Below, piece after piece: positions 38,606 through 42,242 of a DNA stretch of 42,242 bases. Below the pieces are notes generated by a model. It ran no database searches and was not told the origin of the DNA. It worked only from the letters and a program-made list of their open reading frames with translations. A program made the position numbers and the translations under genes. Origin of the DNA: Hydrurus foetidus (taxonomy: Eukaryota). The stretch is from the NCBI GenBank assembly GCA_900617105.1, contig UYFQ01000465.1:1-42242 (forward strand). Direction: 5' to 3'. Position 1 is the first letter of the stretch. Each line of letters starts with the position of its first letter.

Positions 38606-40102
38606 ATGAAGAGTTCGAAGTCTTTTTTTTTGAAAATTCAAATTTTCTACCATGAAGTGGAGCAGTCTTCCCGCTCAGATGCGTTGCAAGATGCATCAGA
38701 ACTTATGCAAACTATGGAAGACGAGTTTGAGACCGTCCAAGTGGATCGAGCTCCCATTGGCTCTTTGTCTCTGAAACGTCGTTCTGCCGGTATCTCTGTT
38801 GAAGAAACTTTGCGGCAAAAGAAGTATCTGCAAGTATCTGCTATGATCATGACAGGTCTACTCGATGATGGTTATGAGTCTGCTGCTAGTGATGACAGTG
38901 ACAAAGAGGAGGAAATAGATGATCACGAGAATCAGAGTGATCCAAAAGATAATACATTAGAATTAGTTAGCTATGCTCTGTTGGAGAAAGTCATTTCTAT
39001 TGATCAACCTATGAATATCACAATAACCAAGCTTGTGAAAAAAGAGATTACAGCTGCCACTTATTCGGATGAGCAATCCTGGTCCTTGCTACGCTTTCGC
39101 AAACCTGATTTAGTTAGACTCATTGATCAGCTTGCGATGCCGCCGTTTCTATTTTCTCCCTCACGTCATCGTTATTCGAAGGAATTCTCCATCATACTCT
39201 TGCTGAGGCGGATGGCTTATCCAGGGAGGCTTCACGACCTTGAGATCGAGTTCGGGAAAGAGCACACATCTTTGAGCCGATCTTTAAGCTTGACTGTAAA
39301 TTGGTTGCTCGCCAATCACGGCTTTCGCATCAACAACAACTTACGCTTCTGGATGCCCTACCAGGAAACTTTCGCGACTGTTGTTGCAACGAAAACTAAT
39401 GTTCCTCTTGAGTTTGCAAACGTAAATTCTTTCTTAGACGGTACTCAGAAGTCAATATGCCGTCCCAGTGATGGTGCAGGAAGAGTTGAAGATATTCAAA
39501 AAACGTATTATTCTGGATACTACAGGAAGCATGGTTTTAAGATGCAATCCTTAATGTATCCTAACGGTAAGATTATCCATTTTGCATGGTTTTAAATGGA
39601 TAACAATTTGAAGTGGTTCTAAATATAATTCTCTCTTTCAGGTATGATTGGAGATCTCTATGGCCCTGTTTCTTGCCGCCGTCATGACTCATACTTACTG
39701 AGAAAGAGTGGGTTACATGATAGATTGACTGCTTTGCTTTCTGATTTTCCAGTGGATTATTTGTGCTATGGTGATTCAGCTTACCCCAAACTCCGTTTTA
39801 TCACAAGAGGTGCGAAGAGAGCGAAAGTACCGAATCCCTTAAATTTAGTCGCATTAGAAAATAGTAGAAGAATGTCAAAAGTTAGAGAATGCGTTGAGTG
39901 GGGATTCGGTAAAATTGTGAATCTTTGGGCATTTTTAGACTTCTCAAAAAACCTTCAAATGTTCTCTTCGCCAATTGCTTCGTATTATACTGTTATGGCG
40001 TTCCTCACTAATTGTCACACTTGTTTGTATGGCGGGCAAACGTCACAATTTTTTGAGTGCGCTCCACCAACGCTAGAAGAATATTTATCTCCAGTTGTTT
40101 AA
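38606..40102 (+). CDS. Harbinger (HARBI1-like) DDE transposase; intron 39567-39641; start codon uncertain
   Basis: LLRRMAYPGRLHDLEIEFG, FLDGTQKSICRP, YSGYYRKHGFKMQ, RRHDSYLL, YGDSAYP, MSKVRECVEWGFG. Confidence 0.95.
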
Positions 40103-40381
40103 ATCTAATTCAATTTTGTGATTTTCATTTTTTCTTCTTCGTGTAAATGTACCCCAAATAATTGAAAAAGAAAATTTCGTATTATAAATTATCAAAAATT
40201 TAAAATTTTGAAATTGGGCCATGTCAATCCGCAAACTTTAGGAACATTTGCAAAAGCACAGAGTTTAAATCTTTGTTTTTGGTGTCCATTTTTGTAGAAT
40301 CGACGTCAAAAACTGCTGTGACAGACACCAATTTTTGAAAAAACGGTTACGTTAAATTTACCATTTTATTTAAGCTGTTAC

Positions 40382-40987
40382 ATGGACTTATCACAATTAA
40401 ATCAAATCAGCATGACCATCTGTAATTACAAATTCGGTAACATAGTTTGTCTGACGGAATGCTGCGGACCAGATGGTGGTAGAGTTACTTCAAAATGCAA
40501 GAAACATCTTAATCAAGCTGCGAGAAAGTCAAGAAAAAAGTTGAAGAGGAAGGTTGAGTCCAGCTCTAAGAGAGATGCACTCACAGCAAGAGCCAGGGAG
40601 ACTCTTGAAGCGAACAAGCGGCAGCAAAAATCCCGAGGAGGGAGACAAGATGCCATAGAGGCCATCGAGAACGATAACGTCAAAAGAATGGCGACTGTTC
40701 TGAACAGAATGAAGGATAGCAGACAATATGTTATAGTGGCTAATGCAGTTGCGAGTACCTTGAAGCCTGAGGACTTTAAGTTGACTGGTATAGCTGAGCC
40801 AATCAACTTCTCCAACAGGACTCCTCCATTCCTACGAACAATGCATGCTCTTGAGGATCCCTCTGTACATTTATCTGATGTCTTGGAGGCCATCAGATTT
40901 GTATTTAGCGGATGTAGCAACATTACTGTAAAACTCCTGAACTCCAAAGCTGGCGACAAAGCACAGGACTCTCACACAGACTATTAA
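40382..40987 (+). CDS. Harbinger cargo ORF: C3H zinc-finger-like motif + basic region + terminal HxD motif
   Basis: 201-aa open frame between the two canonical genes. Contains CNY..C..C..KCKKH and a K/R-rich helix, and ends LLNSKAGDKAQDSHTDY*. Confidence 0.65.
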   Translation: MDLSQLNQISMTICNYKFGNIVCLTECCGPDGGRVTSKCKKHLNQAARKSRKKLKRKVESSSKRDALTARARETLEANKRQQKSRGGRQDAIEAIENDNVKRMATVLNRMKDSRQYVIVANAVASTLKPEDFKLTGIAEPINFSNRTPPFLRTMHALEDPSVHLSDVLEAIRFVFSGCSNITVKLLNSKAGDKAQDSHTDY

Positions 40988-41016
40988 GAGAGATCAATTT
41001 ATCAACATAAGATTGC

Positions 41017-41802
41017 TTACTTCTTTGCAATAGACTCCATGGCGATTTTCAGAATAGCGTTCGACATTTCGTCTCTTCTGAGGGCATCGTCTCGAGCTTC
41101 TTGGCGAATCAGACGGGCCTCTTCAGCTGCTTCGCGACGAATTTCACGGGCCTCTTCAGCAGCTTCAGTGCGGACTCTCTTGGACTCCTGGAATTCCTCC
41201 TCTCGGAGCAGCATCTTCCGATCCTCTAGGCTATGCTTTCTGTCCCTATCGACGGAATTGTCTTCGTCAGCTTTCTTTGCGAGGACCTTGATCAGCATGG
41301 AGTCCAGCGTGTCTTTCTGCTTGACTGGTTCTCCATCAGGAGTGGCGCGGATGACCAGCTTCTTGTTAGCCTTGGGGGTGACTCTTCCCTTCGACAATTC
41401 CAAATCTTGTGCGGCGGATAGGGCTACCACTCCTTCCTTCGCTTCACGATCCAGATCGGCATGATCAGCTTCCTCCTCCATTTCGGCTAATATCTCTTCC
41501 AAGCCCGATGCAATCTCACCGACGTCTTCAGTGCCTCCAGATTTCCACTTGTGGTTCTTCTTGTTGCCTTTCTGAATTGTTAGCAGTTTGTCGAATTGAA
41601 TGTTGCATGTCTTGCCACTTGGAAATGAATTACCAAGGAAAGTTTCCGTCCTCTCTTTCAGGGCTGCAGCGACTCCATCCCAGAAGGCATTCTTCTGGCC
41701 GTGGCCGATCTTTGCATAGTTGCAAATTCGCACTGGATGGCCGATAGCGACCTCACTTATTAAGAACTCATTGGCCTCCTTGGTCCAAACTGTATTTACC
41801 AT
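41017..41802 (-). CDS. Myb/SANT-like DNA-binding protein of Harbinger (261 aa, C-terminal coiled coil)
   Basis: WTKEANEFLISEV...FWDGVAAAL...CNIQFDKLL trihelix pattern and an E/R-rich tail. Convergent with the transposase, inside the TIRs. Confidence 0.85.
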   Translation of the reverse strand: MVNTVWTKEANEFLISEVAIGHPVRICNYAKIGHGQKNAFWDGVAAALKERTETFLGNSFPSGKTCNIQFDKLLTIQKGNKKNHKWKSGGTEDVGEIASGLEEILAEMEEEADHADLDREAKEGVVALSAAQDLELSKGRVTPKANKKLVIRATPDGEPVKQKDTLDSMLIKVLAKKADEDNSVDRDRKHSLEDRKMLLREEEFQESKRVRTEAAEEAREIRREAAEEARLIRQEARDDALRRDEMSNAILKIAMESIAKK

Positions 41803-41817
41803 CGCAGTTTCTGACTC

Positions 41818-41915
41818 TTGAGATCTCGGATATATCTCGGATATATCCGAGATCAAATCTCCGAGACTCGGCAAATCTCGGAGAAAATTGTCGGAGATTT
41901 GACGGAAGAGGGGGG
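41818..41915. repeat. Subterminal repeats of ATCTC(G/C)GA in both orientations
   Basis: Multiple copies of atctcgga, atctccga and tcggagat just inside the right TIR. Confidence 0.7.
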
Positions 41916-42242
41916 TAAATCTCCGAACCCTGGGGTTCCAGCCGGATATTTCCGTTTGCGCAAACACTCTAATAACCCAGGTACTTACGAAACTTTTACG
42001 AAATAACCCCTTTAGTGATGTTATATCAACACCGTATAATTCCTTTCAAGTAAGTGTTGGTCTTCCGTTTTCGGCGAAGACAATTACTCGAGAGATGATT
42101 CAACATCCAACTCACTTCTCTCCTGAAAGCATGGTAAAAATTCTCCCCGACTGTGGTCGACATTTTTTCCTATGACGCCGGTAACAGTTCTTTGTGGATG
42201 ATTGTGCGGGGGCTCCCTTCAGAAGTTTGGGTTGATTCGAGG

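Larger units (their letters stand above)
38468..41970 (+). mobile_element. PIF/Harbinger DNA transposon (27-bp TIRs, 3-bp TSD AAT, three ORFs)
   Basis: AAT|AGAGTGTTTGCGCAAACGGAAATATCC ... GGATATTTCCGTTTGCGCAAACACTCT|AAT. Contains a DDE_Tnp_4-type transposase and a Myb/SANT-like gene. Confidence 0.95.

Noticed and set aside
41803..41967. N-terminal extension of the 316-aa ORF
   Set aside because: Runs through the TIR and subterminal repeats from a non-ATG start. The ATG at 41802 is the credible start.

Overview
Eukaryotic nuclear DNA with the standard genetic code and short GT-AG introns. Gene content suggests a stramenopile/ochrophyte-type protist (inference). The window has three zones. (1) 1-12.8 kb is a retrotransposon nest: a chromodomain Ty3/Gypsy element (- strand), a fragment of a related Gypsy (+), and a 3'-truncated Ty1/Copia element with a 913-bp LTR, a CCCH finger and an unusually long gag-protease region. 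(2) 13.2-32.3 kb holds host genes: a signal-peptide ubiquitin-like protein (SELMA sUbq-like candidate), a Rid/YjgF protein, a meiotic-clade AAA ATPase, kinesin-13, a Cys-repeat membrane protein, a CCT-domain protein and an unknown gene. It also has a perfect 271-bp tandem duplication and a hairpin element. (3) 32.7-42.0 kb is a butt-jointed stack of three DNA transposons: a TA-flanked MITE, an intact two-gene IS3EU-like element, and an intact PIF/Harbinger carrying a third cargo ORF. Their insertion order can be reconstructed from the target-site duplications (TSDs).
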